A stretch of 64,000 bases of DNA from a virus, in the IMG/VR virus record IMGVR_UViG_3300025009_000051, positions 119,717 through 183,716 of that record. One strand, written 5' to 3'. This document shows positions 18,617-28,129 of the stretch, piece by piece (within the stretch, counting starts at the first letter, position 1; every line of letters begins with the position of its first letter). The translations under genes were made by a program, and so were the position numbers. The notes under the pieces are model-generated. The model searched no databases and had not been told where the DNA came from. It saw only the letters and a program-made list of their open reading frames with translations.

Positions 18617-18926
18617 TTATTTTTGTAATTTTAAATCCTGCATTCTTTAATTGATTTTCAAAATCTACACAAATATTTCTATATTTTTGAATTCCCCCGT
18701 CACATCTGGATAGGAATAAAAACAAGTCTACACCTTCATCATTTAATACCCAATCAAATCCTTTTGTAAAAACTTGTATAGTTGCATTTACAACATACAA
18801 TCTTTTCTTTTTTGTCATTGTTTCGACATTTCGAATACAAAATAAATTTGAATGTCTACCAATTAGTAGGTTATCCAGATTATTGTTAATCTCATCAAGT
18901 GTTTCTTGATTAATTCTTATTTTCAT
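18591..18926 (-). CDS. Hypothetical protein
   Basis: 111-aa ORF. Confidence 0.6.
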   Translation of the reverse strand: MKIRINQETLDEINNNLDNLLIGRHSNLFCIRNVETMTKKKRLYVVNATIQVFTKGFDWVLNDEGVDLFLFLSRCDGGIQKYRNICVDFENQLKNAGFKITKINEENENNN

Positions 18927-19108
18927 ATTTTTTTATTTAATTAAAAGAAAACTGCATCGTTTAGGTTGTAGAAGTCCAATTTACAAAGATAAAATTCCTA
19001 CTGCACAAACAATAAGGATTAAAACAAAAATTGTTTTTTGACTTAAAGTCATTTGATCAAAATCTTTTTCTAATAAAAACATATCTTTTTAATTTTAAAT
19101 TTATATTA

Positions 19109-19116
19109 CAAAGTTA
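19109..19116 (-). promoter_or_regulatory. Bacteroidota-type -7 box (TAACTTTG)
   Basis: TAnnTTTG in an intergenic gap. Confidence 0.5.
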
Positions 19117-19139
19117 AACGAATTTATTGAATAATCAAA

Positions 19140-19340
19140 TTATTTTATATGTTTTTTTATTTCAATAAATATCTTGCAAGATATATAAATTCCTGTGAAA
19201 ATATAAAATATAAAAAAAATAATATTTTCATCTTTAGTTGAAGTAGGAACATAATGTTCTGCAATGGTGCATAAGAAAACAAAACCTAGAGTAAGTAATA
19301 TACCCAATGCAGCATTTTTAAAAATAATTATTGGTATCAT
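19140..19340 (-). CDS. Small membrane protein
   Basis: Two hydrophobic segments. Confidence 0.55.
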   Translation of the reverse strand: MIPIIIFKNAALGILLTLGFVFLCTIAEHYVPTSTKDENIIFFIFYIFTGIYISCKIFIEIKKHIK

Positions 19341-19351
19341 AGCTTTTATTT

Positions 19352-19609
19352 TTATAGTAATTCTGAATGATAAAATTTAACGAACGGATCAACTTTAAAT
19401 AACCATACAAATTTATATTGGTCTTCTTTTGGAATAGAATCTAAAATTTTTCTGATTTGAGGTGTGTTTGTAATGAGGAATCCTCCTGTCATGTGTTCTT
19501 CTCCATTTCGTGTAATTACAGCGAATTCATTTGTCTTACTAAAGTTATTAGCAACCAATTCAACTTCTTCATATCCGTTTGTTTCGGAAGTAATGTGTAA
19601 GATTTTCAT
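19352..19609 (-). CDS. Hypothetical protein
   Basis: ORF track. Confidence 0.65.
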   Translation of the reverse strand: MKILHITSETNGYEEVELVANNFSKTNEFAVITRNGEEHMTGGFLITNTPQIRKILDSIPKEDQYKFVWLFKVDPFVKFYHSELL

Positions 19610-19621
19610 AATTGTTTAGTT

Positions 19622-20260
19622 TTAATTAAAAATAAAAAATATAATATATAAGAGTAAACCTATTGACATAAATAATAAATATGCCCCAGACAATTGAAAT
19701 TTTTCATCTATTTTATTTTTTGTCTTTTCTTTATTATATGCTAAATTTCCAAAAATAGCAAATAAGAAATACAACAAAGAAATTATTTTTAATACAAAGA
19801 ATAAAAAAGAACTTTCAGCATACATTTCAGCAGTAAAACACGCTGCTCCAATAAGAACAACCATCATACTACACACAAACGATATCCAACTAATAGTAAA
19901 ATAAAATTTTGATTCATATTTTAAAAATTGAATTGTATCTTCTATTCCGGTTCTATATTTATTAAAAATTCTATTCTTTTCAGATTTCTTCTTTTTATTT
20001 TCTTTTAAATTTCTTTCTTGCCGTAATATTTGTAGACAAAAGGAGAAATCTTCTTCTGATACATCTGTTCCCATTGTTTCCATTTCAATTAAATATCCTA
20101 ATTGAATTTTTGCATCTTGAATATCTTTTTTAATTAATGAAAAAGTATCATGATATTCTCGATATGATTTTTCAGTTATCATAAAAGATTTTTTTCCACA
20201 TACCAATTCTTTTGTATTGTAATATGGATCGATTTCTTTAGGTCGTTTTGGTAATTCCAT
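19622..20260 (-). CDS. Coiled-coil protein with three C-terminal TM helices
   Basis: Hydrophobic stretches in the last 100 aa. Confidence 0.65.
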   Translation of the reverse strand: MELPKRPKEIDPYYNTKELVCGKKSFMITEKSYREYHDTFSLIKKDIQDAKIQLGYLIEMETMGTDVSEEDFSFCLQILRQERNLKENKKKKSEKNRIFNKYRTGIEDTIQFLKYESKFYFTISWISFVCSMMVVLIGAACFTAEMYAESSFLFFVLKIISLLYFLFAIFGNLAYNKEKTKNKIDEKFQLSGAYLLFMSIGLLLYIIFFIFN

Positions 20261-20266
20261 AATATT

Positions 20267-20524
20267 TTAGTGAAGGTATAAATAAACATTTACAAATAAT
20301 CTTAATGCATTAATTGCAGTCGAATCTGCTCTTTGAATTGCTCCTTGTAAATCATTATTACAAATTGCTTGAACAAAACTTCCTCCTCTCATTACATTAT
20401 CTCGAGTATTAACAATGCTCATACAAAGATTAGTTATGTGATCAAGTTCAACTAAACTTGTACAATTATTTGAAATTAAACTAATATTTTTTTCAACATA
20501 TTGTTGAACAGCTTCTCGTTCCAT
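20267..20524 (-). CDS. Phage hypothetical protein
   Basis: GGSFVQAICNNDLQGAIQRAD motif recurrent in phage ORFans. Confidence 0.65.
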   Translation of the reverse strand: MEREAVQQYVEKNISLISNNCTSLVELDHITNLCMSIVNTRDNVMRGGSFVQAICNNDLQGAIQRADSTAINALRLFVNVYLYLH

Positions 20525-20534
20525 ATTAATTATT

Positions 20535-20825
20535 TTAAATTACTTCGTTTATTAAACACCTCATATCTTCTTCAAATCTTTCAAAATATGCAAACAAGTC
20601 GTCTACATTCTCCAAAGGAATTGTATATAACAATTCATCTTTAAACCAGTGCGGATAATTTTTAACATCTTCTTGAAAAGAATCTGGATATGTATTTTCA
20701 TATTCTTTTTTATCCGTTCCCTTCAAATATATCTTAATGAATTTTCCATCTTTAACTGCCTTATGAGTATCATTTTGTTTAATAATACTGTTGACTTTCT
20801 TTGTTTTTAATGCTTCTAATTCCAT
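20535..20825 (-). CDS. Hypothetical protein (start moved to MELEAL)
   Basis: The track start at 20855 overlaps the promoter box; ATG at 20825 fits. Confidence 0.6.
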   Translation of the reverse strand: MELEALKTKKVNSIIKQNDTHKAVKDGKFIKIYLKGTDKKEYENTYPDSFQEDVKNYPHWFKDELLYTIPLENVDDLFAYFERFEEDMRCLINEVI

Positions 20826-20830
20826 TTCGT

Positions 20831-20866
20831 TTGTTTTTATACTACAAATATACAACGAATAAATGA
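20831..20866 (-). promoter_or_regulatory. Early promoter cassette (TATATTTG at 20845-52)
   Basis: Near-identical to 18271-18306. Confidence 0.7.
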
Positions 20867-20894
20867 AACAAAAAAATAATTTTGAATAATTTTT

Positions 20895-20903
20895 TATATT
20901 TAT
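20895..20903 (+). promoter_or_regulatory. Putative late promoter TATATTTAT
   Basis: 16 nt upstream of ATG 20920. Confidence 0.55.
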
Positions 20904-20919
20904 TGTAAATGAATTTAGT

Positions 20920-21705
20920 ATGTCTGAAAAAATTAATTTACAAACTCTAATACAATCTGAATTATCATTATTATCAAATAATTCTTATACTCATTCTATT
21001 ATTGATATCGATTTAGTAGAACAAGAATGTAAAGAATTCAAATCATTTATAAATAAAAATTACAATTCAATTCTTACAGAACAATTTCAAATAAATGAAT
21101 TGACTGGTTGGTTAAAAGATAGAATGGCATTTATAAAAGGTATTGCAGAATCATTAAAATTAAAAATAGCCGATTTAATTAAATTATTTACAAATTCAAA
21201 AGTCTATAAATTCTTTGCACACATAGGATGGAATTTAACTAAATTATTTGATTTAATAAAAACAGGATTTAAATATTATAGATTATTATTAGATAAGATT
21301 GCTGAATTTATGTCTAAAAATAAAGTAGCTAAATGGACCGAAGAAAAATTAAAACAATTAGATCAATTCTTAAGTGAAAATCCAATGTTAAGAAAAATAG
21401 CAGGAGTGGGTGTAGCTGCATTATTAGTCTATATTTGGTTCAATATGGCATTCACAGGAGATGTTTCTTATGATTTTGATATGTCAACTGTTTTAGGAGC
21501 ATTGGCAGGTAAATTTACTCTTCATACTTTATTTGCAGGAAAAGAAGGAACTAAATTATTACTTCTATTGACTACTGGATTATTAGGATTATCATTTCCG
21601 TGGCCGGGGCCTTCTTCAATTAAATTTATAAGTTCAATGATCATTGCATTGGCTAAAGCAGTTAAAAATAAAATACAAGGAGCAAAAATTCAGAAACATG
21701 ATTAA
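20920..21705 (+). CDS. Hypothetical protein with C-terminal hydrophobic Gly/Ala-rich helices
   Basis: 261-aa ORF; IAGVGVAALLVYIWF, LLLLLTTGLLGLSFPWPG. Confidence 0.75.
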   Translation: MSEKINLQTLIQSELSLLSNNSYTHSIIDIDLVEQECKEFKSFINKNYNSILTEQFQINELTGWLKDRMAFIKGIAESLKLKIADLIKLFTNSKVYKFFAHIGWNLTKLFDLIKTGFKYYRLLLDKIAEFMSKNKVAKWTEEKLKQLDQFLSENPMLRKIAGVGVAALLVYIWFNMAFTGDVSYDFDMSTVLGALAGKFTLHTLFAGKEGTKLLLLLTTGLLGLSFPWPGPSSIKFISSMIIALAKAVKNKIQGAKIQKHD

Positions 21706-22456
21706 ATTAAAATCTCTTATCTTTGAAGAAGACTTCAAACTATCTATTCCATATATATCTCATCAATATGATTATTGGAATAAAAAATTATTTAATAATG
21801 AATTACCAACTCTTCCATTTAAAATAGAACATAATAAAAGTCGAGGAGGAGCAGTTTTATATTCTGTGCTGTTAAAAACAAAAGGAAATAGAAGAAAAGC
21901 AATATTTAAGGAATTTGACCATCTTGCAATTTCAGATTTCTTTATCCACACTCAAGAAAGATTCCTTGGTATTTTAGTTCATGAAATGATTCATGTATTT
22001 CTTCTAAAGAATAATATTGTTTATACCACAGGAGGAGATAGAATGCACGGTAGAGAATTTATGGAAAAATTAAAAGAGTTACAACCAAAAGTAGATTTTA
22101 AAATACCTGTTTCAGAAAATACTGAAGATTTACAATTGAACGCAGATAAACTAAAAGAAAAAATAATTAATGTTTTATTGATGAAACAAAAAGACAAAAA
22201 TTATATTGCATTAATATCAAATACTAAACCTTTAAATAAAGAACAAATCGCAATTAGATTTAATACTTATCTAACAATTTCAAAAGACGAATTATTGTGG
22301 TTTAAGAGTAAAGATAAAAATTTACAAGTATTTTCAATGATTCGCGATTTAGGAGCAAAAGCTAAATTTTATGAAATAAAAGATGAGTTCAAACAGGAGT
22401 TATTGAAAACAGCAGCTGATATTCAAAAAATAGAACCATTTAAATGGAAACAATAA
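21698..22456 (+). CDS. SprT-like zinc metalloprotease domain protein
   Basis: YWNKKLFNNELP...ILVHEMIH...HGREF; start at MIKLKS (ATG 21698). Confidence 0.75.
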   Translation: MIKLKSLIFEEDFKLSIPYISHQYDYWNKKLFNNELPTLPFKIEHNKSRGGAVLYSVLLKTKGNRRKAIFKEFDHLAISDFFIHTQERFLGILVHEMIHVFLLKNNIVYTTGGDRMHGREFMEKLKELQPKVDFKIPVSENTEDLQLNADKLKEKIINVLLMKQKDKNYIALISNTKPLNKEQIAIRFNTYLTISKDELLWFKSKDKNLQVFSMIRDLGAKAKFYEIKDEFKQELLKTAADIQKIEPFKWKQ

Positions 22457-22646
22457 ATCAATAAATTTCTTCATCTGGTAATTTATCTAACTTATATCCC
22501 ATAGCATTTATTAAATCCAAAAATTCTTCTATTCTTTCCCTTTCTAATAATGCTCCAGAATAATTTATAAATTTTATTCTGGTTATTAAAACTCCCAATT
22601 GTTCTAATTCATAATCTGAATATTGATCTATTTTCATTTGTATTTT

Positions 22647-22970
22647 TTAGGTTTGATTCAACATTTTATTAATTATACTATCTGTAATTTTATGAGGACT
22701 AAATCTTTTATCATTTACATGAAGAATTTTATTCACTGATAAATATTCAAGAGTATTCTTCCAAGCTCCAAATACAGAATCATTATTTTTTATATTTCCT
22801 TCATCTGGAATAATTTTATAACCTTCTTTAGTTACTACATAATACCGATTAAATATATCCATTTTAGTCTGAGCGTCGGGGTATAGTTTTGTAACCTTCC
22901 TTTTAATTTCAGCAAAAATTTCCTTTTTAGTTTTTTCTTTCTTTTGTTTTTGATTACTAAAATTTATCAT
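22647..22970 (-). CDS. Hypothetical protein
   Basis: 107-aa ORF. Confidence 0.6.
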   Translation of the reverse strand: MINFSNQKQKKEKTKKEIFAEIKRKVTKLYPDAQTKMDIFNRYYVVTKEGYKIIPDEGNIKNNDSVFGAWKNTLEYLSVNKILHVNDKRFSPHKITDSIINKMLNQT

Positions 22971-22977
22971 ATTATCT

Positions 22978-24246
22978 TCATTTTAAAGTTATTAAATTAA
23001 GAACGTCTCGCATTTTATTTTTATTTACTATTATTTCAAAGATATCAAATATTGATTTGACATCAAAATTAAATTCTACAGATTGTTTATTAATTTGAGA
23101 TTGAATAACTGTTTGAATATTTTCAGATAAATCTTCTTTATTCATTTCTCGCCATTCCAATACAATATTATAAAATTCTTCTGAATATTTTACTTTTATT
23201 AATCGATAATTTTCTATTATTTCTAATTGGTTATGATAAACTAAATTATTTTCTGATACTAATTCATTAAATATAAGTTGAGGTAATACAATTTCAAAGA
23301 TTCTTTTTTCTTCTAATAATTCTTTAGATTTTATTTGAGATAAGTTTTCTAATAATTTTTGTATTAATTTTGTTGAATTTAATAATATATCAGCATTTCG
23401 AAATAGTTTTTTAATGACTTCTTTTTTAAAGGAAAGTTTATTGTGTTTTAATTTTGTACTGATAGAATGATTTTCTGAATTTTCTGAAGTGAATTTGAAT
23501 TTGTCAACTATTTTTGTGGTAATGTTAGAATCTTTAAAAATGAATCCTTCTGGAGTGTATGAAGTATAATGGCTAAAATAACTGGAGTGGAAATTTTGTA
23601 ATATAATTTCTTTAATCTCATCTTTTAAATTGTTCAATTGATCTCTTATTAATTGTTTTAATTCTTTATCTTTATTTTTTCTACTTTTTAAAATTGGTAA
23701 ATTATCAGAGTAAAGTAATTTAAAATATTCTAATTTATCTTGAATGTCAGGTTTAATTTTTTCTTTGTAAATATGTTTATTTAAAATTACAAAATTTGGT
23801 AATAGGTTTGAAATAAATACATGCATTGGATGATCTAATGTATATTGCTCAACTTCATCTATAAAAAAAGAAATCGGCATTAGAGCCGGCACATTAATTT
23901 TATTATAATCGATATTATTGACTTGATTGGTATAAAGTAATTCACAAAAGAATTGAACATTATGATTTGAATATATATCCAATAATACTTCTTGATCAAT
24001 ATCATAATGTGCTACTTTAAATTGCTTCATATATTCTATATTGTTATAGAACGAAGAATCAAATACCATTGGAGAAGTTTTTGATTTAGTGAAAAATCTT
24101 CCATCTTGAATTCCAAAAGAAAAATTTTCTCCATCTAATTTTTCAGATAACTCATATCCTTCACCTTTGTGAATCTTATCACAAACATATATAAATTTAT
24201 CATACGGTAACTCATCTAAATGAGTTATTTTCTCCATGTGTCTCAT
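22978..24246 (-). CDS. Covalent nucleotidyltransferase (RNA/DNA ligase adenylation-domain superfamily) protein
   Basis: Motif I SEKLDGENF, motif III FFCELL, motif IV EGFIFK, motif V KIVDK. Confidence 0.65.
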   Translation of the reverse strand: MRHMEKITHLDELPYDKFIYVCDKIHKGEGYELSEKLDGENFSFGIQDGRFFTKSKTSPMVFDSSFYNNIEYMKQFKVAHYDIDQEVLLDIYSNHNVQFFCELLYTNQVNNIDYNKINVPALMPISFFIDEVEQYTLDHPMHVFISNLLPNFVILNKHIYKEKIKPDIQDKLEYFKLLYSDNLPILKSRKNKDKELKQLIRDQLNNLKDEIKEIILQNFHSSYFSHYTSYTPEGFIFKDSNITTKIVDKFKFTSENSENHSISTKLKHNKLSFKKEVIKKLFRNADILLNSTKLIQKLLENLSQIKSKELLEEKRIFEIVLPQLIFNELVSENNLVYHNQLEIIENYRLIKVKYSEEFYNIVLEWREMNKEDLSENIQTVIQSQINKQSVEFNFDVKSIFDIFEIIVNKNKMRDVLNLITLK

Positions 24247-24333
24247 ATTCTTTTTTCTTTAATATTTTTAGAATTATAAACTATTTTTTGATATAAACAA
24301 AGAAAATATTAAGTTTTTTCATCTAAACACCAA

Positions 24334-25197
24334 TTAAATATCGGTTGCCTCTAAATCTAAATTCAAAAGTTCAACAAGCTTCTGTTCTTCGTGTTTGGTA
24401 GTTGGTATTAATTCTATTTCATCCCATTTTTCATACAGTGTTTTTTCTGGAAGAGTTGTGGGCGAAAAGAATTTGTGTTCTACTCCAATTTTATCGATCA
24501 CATCAATAATAGTAGTTCCACCGTCTCTGTATCTTGTAACATTTTTAATATCAAATTGTGTTGCAATTTCATCTTCAATTACAAAAAAACGAAAATTATC
24601 ATATTTGAAATTATAAGCGGGATAATCTACCAAAAAATATTTAGGTGTTTTATCTTTGGTTTTATAGCAATATTCAATTTTTCTTACGCTTTCAGGTATT
24701 TTCAAATATTTCATTGAAAGTGCTTTTTCAATTTCTTTAAAATTTACAAAAGTTTCATTTGGATAAGGATTGTTGAATGGATTTCCTTTATCATACTTTG
24801 CAACTCTTGTCATAAAATTAAACTCGGGAGTCCAATCAATTCGTCCAATTAATAATATCAAGTTGTTATTATGAGAATAAATTGTAAATGGAGATTTATG
24901 TGTATCTTCCCATACATTTTTACCTCTTGCAGTTTGCATATCTCCTCTACCCGAACCAAACCCTCCATTAACCATTTCTACAAAATAATCAGTATTTGGA
25001 AATCTAACATATAATTGATGATCTCCGCCGTCTGATCCGAATCGCAATATTTCAAAGAATGCTTTTGCCGCTTTTCTATCATTATATTCTACATTTGTAA
25101 AATAAATTGCTGTTTCGTTTTGGTCTGAACTTCTAAAAAGTTCTACATTTCTTTTTTTAAATTTGGATAATTCACAAAATTGTTTTTCTGATTTCAT
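24334..25197 (-). CDS. Hypothetical protein (start moved to MKSEKQ)
   Basis: Long ORF; the track start overlaps the upstream gene. Confidence 0.7.
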   Translation of the reverse strand: MKSEKQFCELSKFKKRNVELFRSSDQNETAIYFTNVEYNDRKAAKAFFEILRFGSDGGDHQLYVRFPNTDYFVEMVNGGFGSGRGDMQTARGKNVWEDTHKSPFTIYSHNNNLILLIGRIDWTPEFNFMTRVAKYDKGNPFNNPYPNETFVNFKEIEKALSMKYLKIPESVRKIEYCYKTKDKTPKYFLVDYPAYNFKYDNFRFFVIEDEIATQFDIKNVTRYRDGGTTIIDVIDKIGVEHKFFSPTTLPEKTLYEKWDEIELIPTTKHEEQKLVELLNLDLEATDI

Positions 25198-25214
25198 TTT
25201 ATTATTTTTATAAT

Positions 25215-25424
25215 TTAATTTTCGTGACTGCATAAACAAGTATAATGAGATCTCCAGCATATAGCACAAATAAATCCTTCATGAACGCGCATTAAAGTTT
25301 CATCTGGCTCATTCCATTCAAAACCATTATGTTTATTTATTTTTCGTTCTTGTGGAATTGCATTTATAATTTCCTCATCTACTTTCAATTTTTCGACTTC
25401 TGATAATGTTCTATAATCTGTCAT
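25215..25424 (-). CDS. Small protein with a C-terminal Cys/His cluster
   Basis: FICAICWRSHYTCLCSH. Confidence 0.6.
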   Translation of the reverse strand: MTDYRTLSEVEKLKVDEEIINAIPQERKINKHNGFEWNEPDETLMRVHEGFICAICWRSHYTCLCSHEN

Positions 25425-25425
25425 A

Positions 25426-26229
25426 TTAAATTTTATTAAAATAATTTTCTAAATCTATTATTAATTTTTGTAAATCTGCATCATAAAATCCTGCACAATT
25501 AATACATCCACATTCTATTATTTTATAACCATTATTTGTGTTGGCTATATCCATTACAAAAGCATCTGCTAATTGGAAAATATTTATCATTTTTTCACAA
25601 AATTTAATAGCATTTTCATCTACCAAATTATTCTTATAATTTACAAATCCACCTATTCTATATGTAGAATATGTTGATATTTTTCCACCCACTATCCAAA
25701 ATCTGCTTTCATTATATATTTGTTTTACTTTGGATACTTGGATTTTTACATTTTTGTTCACAAACTTATTCTTAAGACACGATTGCCTCTTTTCATCCCA
25801 CTCATATTTATCAAATACAGCACCAGTAAATGTTTTTGTATCCAATGTAGGTCGGATGAACTTTCTTTTTGTAAAATCAATTTCATCATTAATGCCACAA
25901 ATAATCGAATCATAATTTAATAAATTGTCTTTATAATAGTCTTTATAAATTTCATAATTATGATTTTCATTTGCTAAACTACCAGGATAAAAATTAAAAT
26001 TTTTACCTATTCTGGCTAATTTAAGGCTACCAAATAAAAATACATTTGTTTCTTTTGTTTTAAATTTTAAATTTTCTGTAAAAGGTAGAACTTTAACTAT
26101 TTCATAATTAAGATTCAATCTTTCCAATGAATTTATGATATTATCATAATTCTGTTCTCTGAATGTATTTTCTTGAATTATATAATGCATGATATTTAAA
26201 TTTATATTTATGAGTTTCTTATATCGCAA
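25426..26229 (-). CDS. ATP-grasp domain protein (DUF4343/R2K-like)
   Basis: KFIRPTLDTKTFTG, ESRFWIVGGKI, AFVMDIA, IIECGCINCAGFY. Confidence 0.75.
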   Translation of the reverse strand: MRYKKLININLNIMHYIIQENTFREQNYDNIINSLERLNLNYEIVKVLPFTENLKFKTKETNVFLFGSLKLARIGKNFNFYPGSLANENHNYEIYKDYYKDNLLNYDSIICGINDEIDFTKRKFIRPTLDTKTFTGAVFDKYEWDEKRQSCLKNKFVNKNVKIQVSKVKQIYNESRFWIVGGKISTYSTYRIGGFVNYKNNLVDENAIKFCEKMINIFQLADAFVMDIANTNNGYKIIECGCINCAGFYDADLQKLIIDLENYFNKI

Positions 26230-27695
26230 GCCGGTCTCCAGAATGAATTGTTATACCATCTAAGTCTTAAATTAGTCAACAATTCATTTAAATGAGTTTT
26301 ATCTATTGATTCTGGTAAATCACAGTTATCATAAATCTCATCAATAATTTTAATTTCATTTTTAGCTTGATCAATAATAGTTTGTAAATCTACTTTACCT
26401 TTTCTAATATCAATTAATTTATCTGCATCTGGACGTTTTAAAATCATTCCTTTCCCTTCAGCAATTTCACGACTCATACTTAATAATCTAACACAATGCA
26501 TTAAATTTTTTCCGTCTATTTGTTGCTTATGTGATTCAACATCTACCCATCTATTTAAATTTCTTTCCTTTAACCAAGTTTGATAATTTTGATATTCTTT
26601 ACAATGAGTAGAATAAGAATTTAAATCATATAAAATAAAAGCTTTTATTCTTTCATTTTTTGGTATTGAAGACAATCTAATTTCATTACTAACTATTTCA
26701 TCTTCTTGATTCATTTTTATAATACCATTGTATTTTATTTCCGGTTTATCTTCATAAAACAATCCAAATACCATAATATATTTGTAAGCATCTTTAGGTT
26801 GAAGTTTACTTGATTTATATAAAGGTTCTAATAAATGTTTATAAGCGTTTGATAAATCTAATACATCTTGGTATTGAATGTTTGAATTGTGTTTCATGAC
26901 ATCCAATTTAGCATTCAGATTATTAATTTTTACAAGTAGACTATCTGAAAAACCATTTACGTCTAATACTCCATATTTAGATAAGATTTGAAGTTGTTTA
27001 GATAAATGAAATGATAATAATTGCCAATCATTTATATCAGCATGATGTTTAATAAATTCAATTAATTTATCATAGGTGTGAGGAATAGGAACCAATCCAC
27101 ATTTAGCTTGATCTAAATCATTTTGTTTTAACCAATCTATAATTGGAATTGTTTCTTTTTCTTGAATGACCGAAATAAAATCAAGTGGAGTTTTTCTTTT
27201 TGTTTTTGCTTTATTCCAATTCTGAAATTTATTTTGTCCTTGACTTTTTTGTATTTGTGCCGAAGCATATCCACCTACTGAATATTTGCATTGCTTTGTT
27301 AGAAATTTTGTTCTCTCGCATATTAATTCATGTAGAATTGGATGACGGTAAATTAAATTTTCATCATCTAAAAATAGCAATTCCAGAACCCCCGGATTTG
27401 AACTTAACAACAATTCAATATATCTTCCAATTTCAAAAAATACATTGTCGCCTTTAGGATTACCTTTTGAATCAAGTTCTCCGAATGCTAATTGAGGATA
27501 ATAAGTAGAGCCCAATCCAAATAGATATTTTTCCGGTATGATATAAATGCCTTTAAAATCTTCATCACTTCCTTCTGAATTAGTACCATATAAATGACTA
27601 CCAACTCTTGCAAGCAATAAAATCTCAAATTCTAAAATATCATCAGAATAAGTAGAGTCTAAATTTCTCTCTTTTAAAAAATCCTTTATTAACAT
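26208..27695 (-). CDS. Pol-beta superfamily nucleotidyltransferase (RlaP/YcgL-like)
   Basis: VGSHLYGT...SDEDFKGIY, SSNPGVLELL, GYASAQI, DGKNLMHCVRLL. Confidence 0.8.
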   Translation of the reverse strand: MLIKDFLKERNLDSTYSDDILEFEILLLARVGSHLYGTNSEGSDEDFKGIYIIPEKYLFGLGSTYYPQLAFGELDSKGNPKGDNVFFEIGRYIELLLSSNPGVLELLFLDDENLIYRHPILHELICERTKFLTKQCKYSVGGYASAQIQKSQGQNKFQNWNKAKTKRKTPLDFISVIQEKETIPIIDWLKQNDLDQAKCGLVPIPHTYDKLIEFIKHHADINDWQLLSFHLSKQLQILSKYGVLDVNGFSDSLLVKINNLNAKLDVMKHNSNIQYQDVLDLSNAYKHLLEPLYKSSKLQPKDAYKYIMVFGLFYEDKPEIKYNGIIKMNQEDEIVSNEIRLSSIPKNERIKAFILYDLNSYSTHCKEYQNYQTWLKERNLNRWVDVESHKQQIDGKNLMHCVRLLSMSREIAEGKGMILKRPDADKLIDIRKGKVDLQTIIDQAKNEIKIIDEIYDNCDLPESIDKTHLNELLTNLRLRWYNNSFWRPACDIRNS

Positions 27696-27762
27696 AACTT
27701 CAATTTATTTTTGTATTTCGTTATAGTATTAAATTTCATATAAATTTCTTTATATTCATTTT

Positions 27763-27826
27763 TCCTAATTCAATGAGTCTCCAATGAGTTACTCTCCAAA
27801 GGCGTTAATTCGGACCTACTCGGCCC
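27763..27826 (-). ncRNA. Candidate structured 5' leader / small RNA
   Basis: 30/64 G+C by hand count; GGGCC-GAGUA-GGUCC hairpin and GAGU(AA)CUC-AUUG-GAGACUC hairpin directly after a promoter. Confidence 0.4.
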
Positions 27827-27843
27827 TATTTTCTTTTATAATA

Positions 27844-27874
27844 CAAATTTAAATATTTTTTTGATATAAACAAA
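27844..27874 (-). promoter_or_regulatory. Bacteroidota sigma-type promoter TTTG-N19-TAAATTTG
   Basis: Both boxes present with a 19-nt spacer. Confidence 0.7.
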
Positions 27875-27882
27875 ATTTATTT

Positions 27883-28089
27883 TTAAGGTTCTAATTTTAA
27901 TCCCCGTTTATAGAGCCAATTCAGAACTTCCACTAAATCTGTGCTTTTGATTAAATCATCATTTTCGATTTTATAAACAATCTTTAACTCTTCTCCTGAA
28001 TCTGAATGGTAGGCGTATTCAACCTTTTTCTCTTCTTTAAACTTATCTGTAGCAAATTCTGACATCATTTGATTGTTGTATCTCTTCAT
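27883..28089 (-). CDS. Hypothetical protein
   Basis: ORF track. Confidence 0.55.
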   Translation of the reverse strand: MKRYNNQMMSEFATDKFKEEKKVEYAYHSDSGEELKIVYKIENDDLIKSTDLVEVLNWLYKRGLKLEP

Positions 28090-28129
28090 CTATTTGAAAT
28101 AAGTTAGTAATATAAAAATAAATATAACT

